Shown here: one piece after another, positions 12,068-24,350 of the stretch
How positions within the stretch are numbered: position 1 is the first letter of the stretch
Layout of the letters: each line of letters starts with the position of its first letter
DNA from: Camelus ferus
Taxonomy: Eukaryota
Direction of reading: 5' to 3'
NCBI RefSeq assembly: GCF_009834535.1
Contig: NC_045696.1
Span: forward strand, 5,208,001 to 5,272,000
Length of the DNA: 64,000 nucleotides
Program-made: the position numbers and the translations under genes
Notes under the pieces: generated by a model
What the model was told of the DNA's origin: nothing
Databases searched by the model: none
The model's input: only the letters and a program-made list of their open reading frames with translations

Positions 12068-12510
12068 AAGATGGTGAGGACCTGAGGAGGAGATGAGCTG
12101 GAAGGGGTGGCATGATGGCATCTGTTGGCCCGGGCTTTTGACTCGCTTAGATATCGGGATCTGTGGGGTTACCTTACCACTAAATCTCAAGTTGGTGCCT
12201 GTGGGTTTTGGGTTTTGTTATCCTGGTTGCTCTGTGTGTTCTTAAGGGAATTCAGGGAGTTTCCAAAACCATGCTGCCTCCCCTCCCTTCTTTTGCTTCG
12301 ATGTTTGATTCAACATTCTTGTTAAAGATCATCTGGTGATGAAGCAAGTGCCACTGTTAAACAGAAATCTCCCTTGAGCCGTCCTGGGAAGTGCCACATT
12401 GAACCCTGCAGGGAGTCTCAGGACGGCTGCTGATCACTGTCTGCAGACTCACTGCATCAGCAATGGCACAGAAGAGGGATGTGATGCTGAAATTCAAAGA
12501 CATTGATGGC

Positions 12511-13174
12511 TGAGTACAAAATGAGTTAGGCCCTGACTCTCGGTCTGAAGTTCAGGCTAAACTCCCACAATACAGCCTGTACCTTTGTGTCTTGACACTT
12601 TAAACAATGGTGAACAATGAGTGTCCTCCCCCCACCCTGAGAACAAGAACCCTATCTTAATCATATATTCACTTCCTGCGTAAAACGTGGTCTCCGACAC
12701 AAAGACTTCATTTTTTTTGATCTATTAATTAAGTGGCAGAAGGATGCTTAAGTTCTGAGTCCCATCAATGGAATCCTATGAAATGCCTTCCTTTGCAGCA
12801 CGAATTCCGGGCAGCCTACATGACTAGGTCTGAAGGCTGAGTTCAGTCACCGAAGGCCGGTGATTTAATCGCTCATGCCTACTTAATGAAACCCCATAAA
12901 AACCACCACACGTTGGGGTTCAGCAGACTTCCGGGTTGAGGGACACATCAAGATGCCGGGAAGACCACGTGCCCAGAGAGGGCACGGGAGCTCCGTGCTC
13001 CCCCCGCACACCTTGCTCTGGGCGGCTCTCCCATTGGGCTGCTTCTGAATAGTATCCTTTATAATAAGTCAGTCACAGTGAGTAAAGTACTTCCCTGAGT
13101 CCCGTGAGTCTAGCGAACTATCGAAGTTGAAAGGGAGAGGGGTTTGTGGGAACCCCAGCTGCGTAGCCAAGAAG
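12511..13174 (+). mobile_element. ERVL-class LTR, MER21/MER77-family-like, 3'-truncated
   Basis: gtgatttaatcgctcatgcctacttaatgaaacccc...ccagagagggcacgggagctcc...tatcctttataataa...gtgggaacccc blocks; start approximate. Confidence 0.7.
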
Positions 13175-13940
13175 TGTGGTGTCGTGCACTAAATATAGTT
13201 GGTCTCTGTCCCCATTCTTGGCACAGAGCTCCTAAAACCCTTGGAATTTCCTGAGTGATAGGAGTGGTTTTGGTTGTTCCTAAGGAGCCCCTTTTGATCA
13301 AACCTGAGTTCATGCTAATGAGGCGACTTAGAGTGGGGTCCCCAGCTGGCCTCTGATGGGGGGCTGGTCACCAGAAAGACCAAGGCATTGGAGGGCCGGA
13401 ACTCAGCCCCACACACGGACTCCCAGGAAGGGGACATGGGGCTGGAGGTTGAGCTCTGTGAAAACTCTTGAAGGACAGGACGTGATGAGCTCCTGGGTGC
13501 TGGGAGAGTCACTGAGACCAGAGAGGGCACGGACGCCCAGCACAAACCTCCAGTGCCTGGCCCCGCGCATCTCCTCCATCGGGCTGTTCCGAGTCACATC
13601 CTTTATAATAAACCAATGAACAGTAAGTAAAACGATTTCCTGGCTCTGTGAGCCTTCTAGAAAGTTATAAACCCAAGGAAGGGGTCGTAGGAGCCCTCAG
13701 TTTATAGCTGGCAGGTCCATGTACGGGTGGCCTGGACTTGGAACTGGTCTCTGAAGTGAGGGCAGGCCTGTGGGCTGAGCCTTAAACTTGTGGGGTCTCT
13801 GCTACCTCCAAGTAGTTAGTGTCAGAACTGAATCGAATTATAGGACCCCCAGCTGGTGTCCTCGGAAAATTTGAGGAATTGCTTGGAATGGAAAACCCCA
13901 CACATTTGGTACCAGAAGTGTTGTGAGTAAAAACAGTTCA
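13175..13940 (+). mobile_element. ERVL-class LTR, MER21-like, near full length
   Basis: tgtggtg...cacagagctcctaaaacccttggaatttcctgagtgatagg...tcctttataataaacc...aaaaccccacacatttggt matches recalled MER21 consensus. Confidence 0.85.
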
Positions 13941-14249
13941 AGTATTTTGGAGAAATTTGTGTGTCCTGATCCCAAAGTTGTACATTTATAGGCAAAGTAT
14001 GAAGTCAATCTCCAAATGACGGGATTGTACGTGGTGAAAATTAGGGGAACCACTGCGCTAAAGCGTGTAAACTGTATTTCCACACCTAGGGTATTCCAGT
14101 CCTGTTCAAGACCCCAGAACTCTGTTCTCTTTTCTGTTTTGTGTTGGTTCTTAAAGTGTCTTTTTGAGCTTGGAAGCGGGAAGAAGTTTGACCAGGTGGG
14201 GAGCGCCGTTGTCTAAATGTCTCAGTGCGTATTAAAACAGAAGTGGACC

Positions 14250-14395
14250 CTGAAGGTGATCTGGTCCAATGTCTCCACTTCAGAGACGAGGACACTGAGT
14301 TAATACTCAGAGGTCTGTCAGTAGTTCACCAAACTAGATAGTGGCAGAACCAGAGCTAAGACTCAGGTAGCCTGACTCTCAGTCCTGGTGATCTT
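14250..14395 (-). mobile_element. MIR SINE fragment
   Basis: cagagacgaggacactgag...agtggcagaaccagagctaagactcaggtagcctgactctcagtcc. Confidence 0.65.
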
Positions 14396-16129
14396 ATTGG
14401 ACTGTAACTAACTCTTGGTTAAAAAGAAAAACGGAAAGCAAAGTAACCCTCAAACAATGGCTGGGACTTCAAAAAAAAATTTACTCTTTTCAGACAAGCT
14501 CTGGAAGCAGGCTGTGATGTCTAACACACTGATTTTGAGGGACGGCTGGTAGGTCAAGACATGATTCTCATGGTTCTGACTGAAGACTGGGAAATTAACA
14601 GGTCATCATTTTTGTTTATCCTGAGAGCCCTTTACTTTCACTTTGTCCGATTATGCAGAAGAGCCATCCATCCTCCCACCCAGCCGGTTCTATACGTTTT
14701 GAAACCTACATTCTTAACTGGGCTCAGCGACGGCAGTTCTGATGCACGCAGTGGTAACCCACAAGAGCTCCTGGGCCATCTGCAAGGCCTCACTCTTACT
14801 TGAAGGACCCAGTTAATGTGTTTTAAGTATTCGGCTCTTTGCACTAAGGTTTTTTTATATCGAGTTCCTTTATTGTTAACTGAGTAACAGTAAATGGGAA
14901 ACGGAGCACTTAATGGTTGGAAGAAAACTGGTAGACACATTCAGAAGACTGTGGAAGCTCAGCAGATGCGGAGAAAGTGCAGGTAGACGAGAGAAGACGG
15001 CCGCTTCAGTTTCCTTAATGGATGTGGCAGTTTGCTCCTGTCTAGTCACTAGCCGGCCATCAGGGGCTGATTTGGGGTTACCCTGTCCTTACTTCCTAAA
15101 TGGAAAGTACCTGTTAGCATCAGTATTCACGCGGCACCGCGGGTCATTAAGACTCCATTTGTTCTACAACAGAGCACTCGATGATTTTGGAACCAGCCTC
15201 TCTGTTAAGTAGCACCCACGACAGAAATGTCTAGACCTTCAAAGTCAATCTTGGGAGTCCACAATAAGAGACAGGATCGGATCCATTTGTTGGAAGAGTT
15301 ATGCTGCATGGCTGGGAATTTAATCTCTGTTTCTTTATTGTTTCCCAGGATCATTAGACTCTGAACTGTGTAATAAATTCCAGCATCATGCTCGCTGTCA
15401 GTGGGGCCTGGACCAAACTGTTTGATTCCTGGGGTTTGGTGGAGCGGTCCCTTGGAGATGGGCTGGGACCACCAGTGTGTTTCTCGAACTCTGCCAAAAT
15501 TTTTATAGCTCCACAAAGCTATTTCTGCCAACAGAAGCTTCGTGCAGTGACTGTCTTAAAGGAAATTCACTGCCTGCCAGAGAGTTCATAATGTAAAAAA
15601 ATTAAACCCCCTGGAGAAAGGGCACAGATTTCCCACGTGGGCTGTAAAGCCAGAACCACTGATTTCCTTTCATCTTCCCTCCGATGAATGTGGTCTGGCT
15701 ACCACGTCCTAGAAGTCTGCCTAGAAAAGGTGGGAGAAAGAGGAAACAAAGGATTTCTGGGGAGCCAGACAGCAAGCATGGGTCAACCACGCTGACCTCC
15801 TCCCGTGGGACCCAGGGGAAGGGCTGAGCCCCAATCCTTTATGGCCAAAACGTGTGTTCAAAACATGTATGGACTTCAGTCTTTACCCGCAAGCAAGTGT
15901 GAAGGTATGCATGATCATTAAGGAGAGAGCAGTGCTTAGAACTTTGTCAAAGGAGCATGCCATTACAATTTGGAATATGGCCATGACGCCTACTGTCCCA
16001 CCCCCAGTGGCCCTTTTTATCTTCTAAAATGCATGCAAACTGGTATTTTCTCAAGAATGTTTTATGCTAAGACATGTGTCTCAAAAGAACTAGCCACACA
16101 ATCACGATGAAGATAATCATGATTAAGGA

Positions 16130-16310
16130 GAGCCTTGTACACCCCAGACGCTGGGCTGGAAGTTTATACATCATATTGCCTTACATTTAATCTGTGTAAA
16201 AGCCTTACTCTCCATACTTAGATGAAGAACTGAGGCTAAGAGAAGTCAAGCAACTTCTCCCGGGTCAGCTGGTTGGTTGAACTTCCCTCAGTCTCACTCC
16301 AAAGACAAGA
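16130..16310 (-). mobile_element. MIR SINE fragment
   Basis: agatgaagaactgaggctaagagaagtcaagcaactt. Confidence 0.6.
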
Positions 16311-16429
16311 AAGAGTCTCTTTTCTTTGCAAATATATTATACTTTCCTAAAAACATGAGAATAGTACTGATGTTATTGTATTACATTATTATTTGGTTGT
16401 TTGTGATGAGGGAAGATGGCACCCATGTA

Positions 16430-16612
16430 AGTGAACACCTAACACATGAGCACCAGGAGTAACGTGATTTGGGGGAGAGCTCCTGCCTGCTACACTTCTC
16501 CACAACCCCAGGGAGAGAGTGCATCCCCCACCAGCGGGACAAACAGGGGGAAACTCAGACACTAGCGAGGACTAGGAAGTAAGTCAAAGAAAATTCAAAG
16601 ATTCAAATCTGA
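16430..16612 (-). mobile_element. MIR SINE fragment
   Basis: cacaaccccagggagag...cagggggaaactcagacac...gattcaaatctg. Confidence 0.5.
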
Positions 16613-16649
16613 ACAAAATACAGGCAGACAAAGCTTGAGGTCACCAGTC

Positions 16650-16810
16650 ACTCCTTCATTTATCACATATTTATGGGCACCTGCTACGTGTCAGACATCG
16701 AGGTTAGGAACTGGGTATCTTATTCCCGAGGGTGAGCATGATGGACAGGAGCTCTGGCCCCATGGAGCCTTCATTCTCACAAGAAAGGTGGTAAGAAAAC
16801 AAGTAAATGT
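16650..16810 (-). mobile_element. L2 LINE 3' end
   Basis: ttcatttatcacatatttatgggcacctgctacgtgtcag...ccccatggagccttcattct. Confidence 0.65.
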
Positions 16811-17302
16811 ACACCTCGATTTCAGGTCATGCTGGATCTTTATGGCTTTACATTGGATCGGCTCTGAGCCAAGTCCAGGCTCTAAGTGAGGACTCGCAAG
16901 GCCGGAATTCCAGATCCAGAGAAGACTAGCATGGTTTCTAGTTGCCTTTCGCATTGACATCAGGGCATGGAAAAGCTCCAGGATGTAGCACATCCTAAGA
17001 AAGAGTTTGCATCCTCACAATGTTTTGTTTCAAAGCCTCCCGTTCTTCCTGCGCTTCCATTTCTCCCCTCGGGTTCATTTCCTGCCTTCTGACATATTGT
17101 GGTCCCCACACTTCTCCCTCTGCTTCTCCAGCCTCACCTTGCTCTTCCTGCTTCTTACCCTCTCGTTCCCGCTGACCCTGATCCTCTTACAGGGGGAGGG
17201 TGAGCTGCTCTGCCAGGTCCCCCCAACCAGAATCAACAGGAGTGACCTCTGACCACAGAGATCAGGCCCCATTAATTTTTAAGGGAGCTGAAATGCCATT
17301 AT

Positions 17303-17667
17303 TTGATTTTCTATGGTTTGTTTTCTATGTCCCTGATTCTGTTTTTGGTTTGTAAATAGAATTTGTATCATTTTTTTTAAAGAAAGCAAACTGTGGTGGC
17401 CAAAGGGGAAAGGGCAGGAGAGGGATAAATTAGGAGTTTAGAATGAACAGATACACAGCACTATATATAAAGTACATAAACAACAAAGACCTGCTACATA
17501 GCACAGAGAACTATATTCAATTTCTTGTAATAACATATAATAGAAAAGAATATATATATGTGTATGTATATGTATATGTAGAACTGAATTGCTTTGCTGT
17601 ACACCTGAAACTAACATAGTAAATCAACTCCACTTCAATACAAAATAAAATTTAATAAAAGAAAATA
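17303..17667 (+). mobile_element. 5'-truncated, 5'-inverted L1 (cetartiodactyl-type 3'UTR) with 12-bp TSD
   Basis: Forward L1 3'UTR 17379-17667 (ggataaattaggagttt...gctgtacacctgaaactaac...A-rich tail); 17303-17378 is the reverse complement of upstream L1 3'UTR; TSD aaatgccattat at 17291-17302 and 17668-17679. Confidence 0.85.
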
Positions 17668-18081
17668 AAATGCCATTATCTGAGGCTAATTCTTTGGGAT
17701 TTTTACTCATAAAACCCCTTTTTTTATATATGAGAAATTGTCCAAGTAGTACTGCCTAATTCAAGGATTTATCCCCAGATTCCAAATTTTAGGTGCAAAA
17801 ACTAAAAATTCCAGATCTATGCAAAGGATCGCTGGATTCAGAGTCCAGAGTGCTCACCATTACCCCAAGGAACTGCTGGCCACAGATCTATGCAAAGGGT
17901 CATCCTCCAGGAATCAGGCTGGGAATTGCAGAACAATATCTTGGAGGCAAGGAAGGAGGTGGAGGCAACACAGTGATGCTCCTGCTGGTACCAGCTTTGA
18001 CCTTCTAACAGATTTCTCCTGGAAGTTGAGTTAGAGCAATGTAGTGGCCCTTTTCTCTGTTGTGTACTGTGCTTTGAGATA

Positions 18082-18480
18082 GGTAGTGGATTGATTAGTG
18101 TTCCCCCAAAAATGTGTCCACTTGGAACCATGAATGTGACCTTATTTGGGAAAAAGGTCTTTGTAGGTGTAACTAAGGTAAGAATCTCAAGGTAAGATCA
18201 TCCGAGATGATCCAGGCGGATCCTAAATCCAAAGGTCTGTGTCCTTGGAAGAGGGAAGCAGAGGGCAATTACACAGAAGAGGAGAAGGTCGTGTGGTCAC
18301 AGAGGCAGAGGTCAGAGGGATGCAGCCACAAACCAAGGACCACATGGAGCCTCCAGAAGCTGGAAGAGGCGGAAGGATCCTCCGCTAGAGCCCTCAGAGG
18401 CCGTCATGGCTCCAAGGTGCCATGGCTCTGCCGACACCTCGATTTTGGACTCCGTTCCAGAATGGAGGGAACTGAGAGGT
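18082..18480 (+). mobile_element. MaLR LTR, MLT1C/D-like
   Basis: gaatgtgaccttatttgggaaaaaggtctttgtaggtgtaac...ccagaagctggaagagg...gccgacacctcgattttggac. Confidence 0.8.
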
Positions 18481-18792
18481 GAGGCGAGGACACGTCTGAC
18501 CACAATCACCTTCCCATCAGCTCTTCCGGAAGCCCACAGGCTGTTATTCAACATGAATCCTTGTGGGTCTGGAAAGATTTTCAGTTCAGAAGCTCTATAT
18601 TAAAACTTGTTTGCTCGAAATCTTAAAAAGCTTAGTGGATGTTCATTTCCCCAACATGACAGCTAGCAAAATAATGAGGACCTATGACATGAAATCCCAC
18701 ATGGGTGCCCGTAGGGGAGACGCAGAATACAGGGTGGGGGCCAAGGCAGGAGGCATGCTGGAGCAAAGGTCTCCTAGTGAGCATTTTTGTGT

Positions 18793-18820
18793 CACACACA
18801 CACACACACACACACACACA
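18793..18820 (+). repeat. (CA)14 microsatellite
   Basis: Directly visible. Confidence 0.95.
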
Positions 18821-21109
18821 AAGGCCAATGACTTTTAAACCCCAAATCATGCCTTCCATTTTCCCCGAGAGCTGAGAACCTGCCATTATGATTGTTACAT
18901 AGTTTTTAATGACTCACAAAAGCCCTGAATCTTTAATATGCAATGTATGCATTGAGCTCGGATGCAGGATCCGTGGGAGGTATTTACCGAGGCTGTTGTT
19001 AGGGTTTCCTAATTAGACGCTCTGGAGTACAGATCTCCTACTCACGCCATGCCTCTTTTGTGTGAAATCACCCCACAAATTCAGTTCAACTGGCACTTTT
19101 GTTTATCCACAGACCATCAACGGAAGTTAGCTGAAATAATTTAAAGAGGCAGCCATGTGCTTCTGGCAAAAAAAAAATAAAATTTTTTAAAAAATCAGCA
19201 TTTCATGGCTTTCAGCTAGCTTGAGCCAAAAATACGTTGGGCTGGAGCAATTTCCTTCAGTCTGAAGTTGACTGTACATGATTTCCAGTGGCGGGGGGCC
19301 CTGGGGAATAGCCTCCCGGGTCAGGAGTGCTTTGGGTGGAGGGACGAGGGCACCAAAAGCAGTTGTGTACCCTGACTCGGTGGGTCATCCCCAGGGGAGG
19401 GAGATGCAGGACAGAAGAGAAGCTGACCCTCCCCTGGGAGAGGCAGTAGGGGCTTTATCAAAGGAATGTCTTCAGGTTAGAGGTGGCCCAGTATGGTAAA
19501 CATTCTGAGTTTATGCCTTTGGACAAACACAGGATGCTGGCCAAACCCCAGGCCATCTATACTCATAGCCTTGGTGTACTTGAGACAAACCAGGATGCCC
19601 AGAAAGTAGGAGTAGGTAACAAACTCAGCAGTAAAAGGAACATTCTAGAAGCCCACACAGTCAAACGTTCTATTGGATTTAAACAAACATACACACACAC
19701 ACACAAAGACAAATCTGAATATTTGCGTAAATAATGGTGACTGAAAGAATAGAAAATTCCCCATCAAAAGAGATACTTGGGAATAAGGTCAAGAGCCATG
19801 GTCCCTGGGGAATCCACAGTTCAAAGGGCAGTTGGGAAAGGGAAGCGTCAAGTTGAAATGGTGTCTTGACCGAGTAACGTAAGAAAGGAAATGTCTATTT
19901 CAAGTAATGAAATACCCTTCGACCCCCTCCTCCTGAATGAGCATTGTGCTTGCTTTGGTAGGGCAGAGGCCAAGTGTTCCCACCGACAGCCACCATCTAC
20001 CATCGCGTCCATGTAGACTCAGCAAGGGGCGCTCAGCGGGAAGACTGAGTAGCACTATAGATTTTCAGTGAGCTGCAGCATCGGACCCAGCATTTATCCT
20101 CCTGCTTCTTTGGGAACTCTCTGTAAGTCTTTGTGAGTCTCGGAGACTAATCTGTTTCTCTGCGGTATCTCAGCAGAGGTCCCGAGCCACAGAGAATTAA
20201 CTTCTATGTCAAGGCCTCAGAGATGCTTGGGGGAAAGGGAGGGATGTTAAAACAGGGAGCAAATACTTTGTGGAAAAAAAAAAAAAAAGTAAAGCCCTAT
20301 GTTGTTATTAGCAAGAAAGAAATCACAACTTCTAACTCTTTCAAGGAACATTATTTAACAAATTAACTTTCAACTTGATTTTTGAGAACTCCGTACACTG
20401 TCAATTAAAAGGTCATCTACCCGGGCTCTGCCAGTCAGCAGTAAATGTCTCTATATAAAAGGCTTTCTCAGCATTTCAAATATTTTGTTGGCCCAGATCA
20501 AAGCTGCTTTGGAATACAAAGGTCATATCTTCAGTGAGTTATCTTTTAAAAGGAGGCATACTGGGTGTCTTTAAAGTGAAACCATCCAGAATAGATTGTG
20601 AGAAAAACTCTGGCCCAGCCAGTGAATGGACAGAGGCTTGGGGATGCTCCTCTCCCTAAACTGCTTGGGCTCAAGTAAAATGCTGCCATCTTCGATCATT
20701 ACCAGCAAAATTGATTTCAGTTTCCTCCTCTCTTAGGTGTAACAGCACCCAGTAGGTGGACCTACTGTGTGCCTGGGACTTTCACCTGCTGACTCCCTAA
20801 CCTTCACCGTGACCCTGGGAACTAGATCCCCCATTCGATAGAGGAAACAGGGAGACTTGGAGACGCAGAATCACTTGCTTCTTTGCAGACACAAGGCTGA
20901 AGCCAGACTCTTCCGGCTCCTACATCTGGGCTCAGGACTCCTCGCCAGAGCCACTGGGGTGACTCCTATGCATGAACTAAGTCTGGTGTGGATTTATTCA
21001 ACTCAACTAGCTGGGTGCTGAATACTAATAAATAGCAGAAAACTCCAAAAAAGAGTAAAAATTAGCCCTTGACCTTGAGGAATTCAAAACACTTTAGAAA
21101 ATGAGGATT

Positions 21110-21512
21110 TATGATGGTGAATTTTATGTGTCAACTTGACAGGGTCATGAGTGCCTAAGACATTTGTTCCAACGTTATTCTGGATGTGTGTCTAGTGTGT
21201 TTGGGGATGAGATTGACATTTGAGTCGTAGACTGAGCATCACAGATTGCCTGCCCAGTGTGGGTGGGTCTCGTCCAATCAGTTAAAGAGAATAAACAGGC
21301 TGGGTAAGAGGGAACTTCTCTCTCTGCCGAGCTGCTGGAGCTGGGGCATCAGTCTTCTGTCTTCAGACTCAGACTTGGACTAGAACCATGCCATCAACTC
21401 TCCTGGGACTCCAGCTTGTCTACTGTTGATCTTGGGATGTCCCAAGATATGAGCCAATTCCTTATATTTATACATCCAATTGGTTCTATTTCTCCAGAGA
21501 ACCCTGACTAAG
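21110..21512 (+). mobile_element. ERVL MLT2 (MLT2D-like) LTR
   Basis: tgatggtgaattttatgtgtcaacttgac...gtgggtgggtctcgtccaatcagtt...ggttctatttctccagagaaccctgacta. Confidence 0.85.
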
Positions 21513-21649
21513 TCTGAACTCCTCCACGTGCTACAAGTTATTTTCTTTACTGAATGTGCAGCAGTGCTGAGAATCAGCCCTGGGAGTATGAGAAATTAGG
21601 CTGAAAGTGAGGTAGTTTGAACTATACCCCCCAGGATGAGCTGCAGATC

Positions 21650-21840
21650 AGTCTAAACTGTGTTTGAGCCTTAACTCTGAGCCTTGGTTTTCCCATCTGA
21701 AAATCAGGGTAGTAATAATAATAGTAATGATCCCAAACCTGAGGATTAAACGCATTGATGCCTAGCGGGTAATACATTCAAAACATTAGCTCGGTGCCAA
21801 CATGTGATGCTTCCTCGATGAATGCTCGTTTTTCCTGCAA
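21650..21840 (+). mobile_element. MIR SINE fragment
   Basis: ccttaactctgagccttggttttcccatctgaaaatcagggtagtaataata...gaggattaaa. Confidence 0.55.
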
Positions 21841-24094
21841 CAGTAAGTATCACCATTGAAGACTCGTTCGTTTGGCCTTGCAGACTCTAACACCTTTGCA
21901 AGCTCGTGGTATAAACACTAACAGCTCTGCAGAGTTGGCACGGAAGCCATTCTCAGTCTTAACTACTTTAAGGAATGGGACTTGACCACCAGGAATAAAT
22001 AAAACACAATAGCACTGGGAGGAGGAACAGATAATGCGGGGAAGAAAGTGGGGGCGGGAAGAGGGAGATGGATAGAGTGGCGACAATGCAGGGCAGTGGA
22101 TGCCGGAGGTAAAATTCCCTGGCTTCACCATTCGACCAAGGGCCAGCCCATGGACTAGCCACCATTTTTAAGAACCTGGACGATGCCCTACTGATAACAA
22201 TGAGATAATAAAGCAACAGCAGGAGACAATATTCGCTGAGTGTTTATTACAGGCCCGCCTCAGGTGCTAAGCGGCTCCTTAGGAGCAGAATGTGTTCCCC
22301 TCGGCGTTGTGCTGCTTTCATTTCTGTGAAACTCCACTTGCTCATGGCTCAGTTGCAGCCTATCATTGAGCGCCACTGGGAGTTTGGCTTCCCGGGATTC
22401 TGAACACAGGGGAGTCCTCAAATTGTGTGAATCTTGATGGATGGCAAGGCCAGGCGTGCCGCCCTGGTGGCTTCTGAGTAGGCTTGTGACTGCCATTCAG
22501 CCAACAAGAAGCTCCTGCCCCAGCCTCCGCATCTGGGAGGGTGACCCAAAGATGCCGGGAAGATGGAGAAAATCACTCACAGTGACCGCCACACGGAGGC
22601 AGGTACACGGTGGCCTCCGGCCCCAGGGTGTGTCAGCATTGGCGTTTGGTGTCCGGGGTGGGGGGGCAGAGTGCCAGCAACAATGACCAGCCTGCAGGAC
22701 CCTTGGCTCCAGCCCTGCCGCTGAGTCCACTTTGTTCTCTGCTCCTTCTCTGAGTCAGGTTCTCCAGCCTTCTCTTTAGTTCTGGAAGCCTCCAGTGAAT
22801 TCCTCTCTGCTTCACTCTAGAGATTCTGACAATTTACTCATTGATTAAATTCCCTCAAGATCAGAAAATGGAGATGGTAAAATCTGTGCCAACAATACCA
22901 ATGATTTAAGCCACACGGGTTTGTGTCTCCCCTGGGGCTCGCTGACTGTTTTACGTTTTATGTGAGCTTCTGTATTATTAATGTGCGTTCCTTCATTCAA
23001 CGTATAATACTGAGAGCCTCCTCTGCGCTGGTTCTGTAAGATGGTATGTCTCTGAAGAAAGAAATAGAGCCTTAGATTTATGCAGATCTTCCTCAGCAAT
23101 TAAAGATAGGCTGTATTTCACAGAGCCAGCTTTCCTGAGACAAATTAGAAACTCGTTCAAGGACACAGAGGACTAAGTCTGAGTGAGGCAGTTAAATCTT
23201 CATTCAATATCAGTGCTTCGAAAGTCTTATTTTTCAAAACATAATTATAATAATTGATCTGAATGACAAAAATAAATGGATTTTGGCTTTATAATCTTAC
23301 CATCAGCAAGGGCTTTATGAAGAGAGGAGTGACAATTCATTAAGCCTTTGGCCTCAGTGGTTGTAAAAATATTCAGCCACCTTAGAGAACAGTGCCAACC
23401 AGAGATGGGAAGAAATTCGAGTTCTTATTTAAAGAAATGTATACTTGCTGTACCCCCTAGCCTGTCTCAGTCAATCAGGGGTGAGGAAAACCTGGAAGCT
23501 TCCCAATGTTCCATTCAACTTCTTTTCAGTGAAATCCAGCGGTGGTTAATGCAGATGAGTAAGGTGAAGAAGCGGCCACAGAGGAGGTTCTGGTCCAGAT
23601 GCACATAATTATGTCCTAGGAATGCAGCCGCTGATGTGATGGACTGGTGTCCTCACTCCCAGGGACTCTTCCTGTTCCCTCTGCTGCTTCCTGGGTCAGG
23701 AGGCAGCTTGAACATCATGAGATCCTCCCCTGCGTGATCCTTCCTTCTGCAATGACACAGCAGAACCAGGGCATCAACTCTCAGTTTCTGAGTGAAAAAT
23801 AACCTTTGCTACTCACTGGAGAAACCACGTCTTATAAGAAAAGCCATTTGAGTCACAGAAGCCACAATCCTGAAGGACCCAGGGAAAGACATTTTATACC
23901 ATAAGCAACAGAGTTGGAAGAACATAGGATAAAGTGAGAGCCAGTTTTCCCTGCCCCATGGGAGAATTTTTAATTGTCCCCAGGCTGGGGTGAAGGATCA
24001 CAGAAAAGGATGCCTGACAGTTAAGGATCAATGGGTGTCCTGAGAAGGGGCCCAAGCTGGTCTGTCCTCTGGAGCCAAGTCATGCAGGGAGGGG

Positions 24095-24350
24095 TGTAAT
24101 GATTAACACTATATGTCAACTTGGCTAGGCCAGAATGCCCAGCTGGGTAGTCAAACACTAACATCGATGTTGCCATGAAGGTATTTTGTAGATAGGAATA
24201 AGAATAAGTTAGTAGACTTTGAGTAAAGCAGATTACCCTCCGTAATGCAGGTGGGCCTCATCCAATCAGTTGAAGGCCTTCAGAACAAAGACTAAGCTTT
24301 CCCAGAGAGGAAGGAGTTCAGCTAGAGGCTGCAACATAGAAATCCTTAAT
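24095..24350 (+). mobile_element. ERVL MLT2 (MLT2B/C-like) 5' fragment
   Basis: tgtaatgattaacactatatgtcaacttggctaggcc...gtaaagcagattaccctccgtaatgcaggtgggcctcatccaatcagttgaaggcc. Confidence 0.8.
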
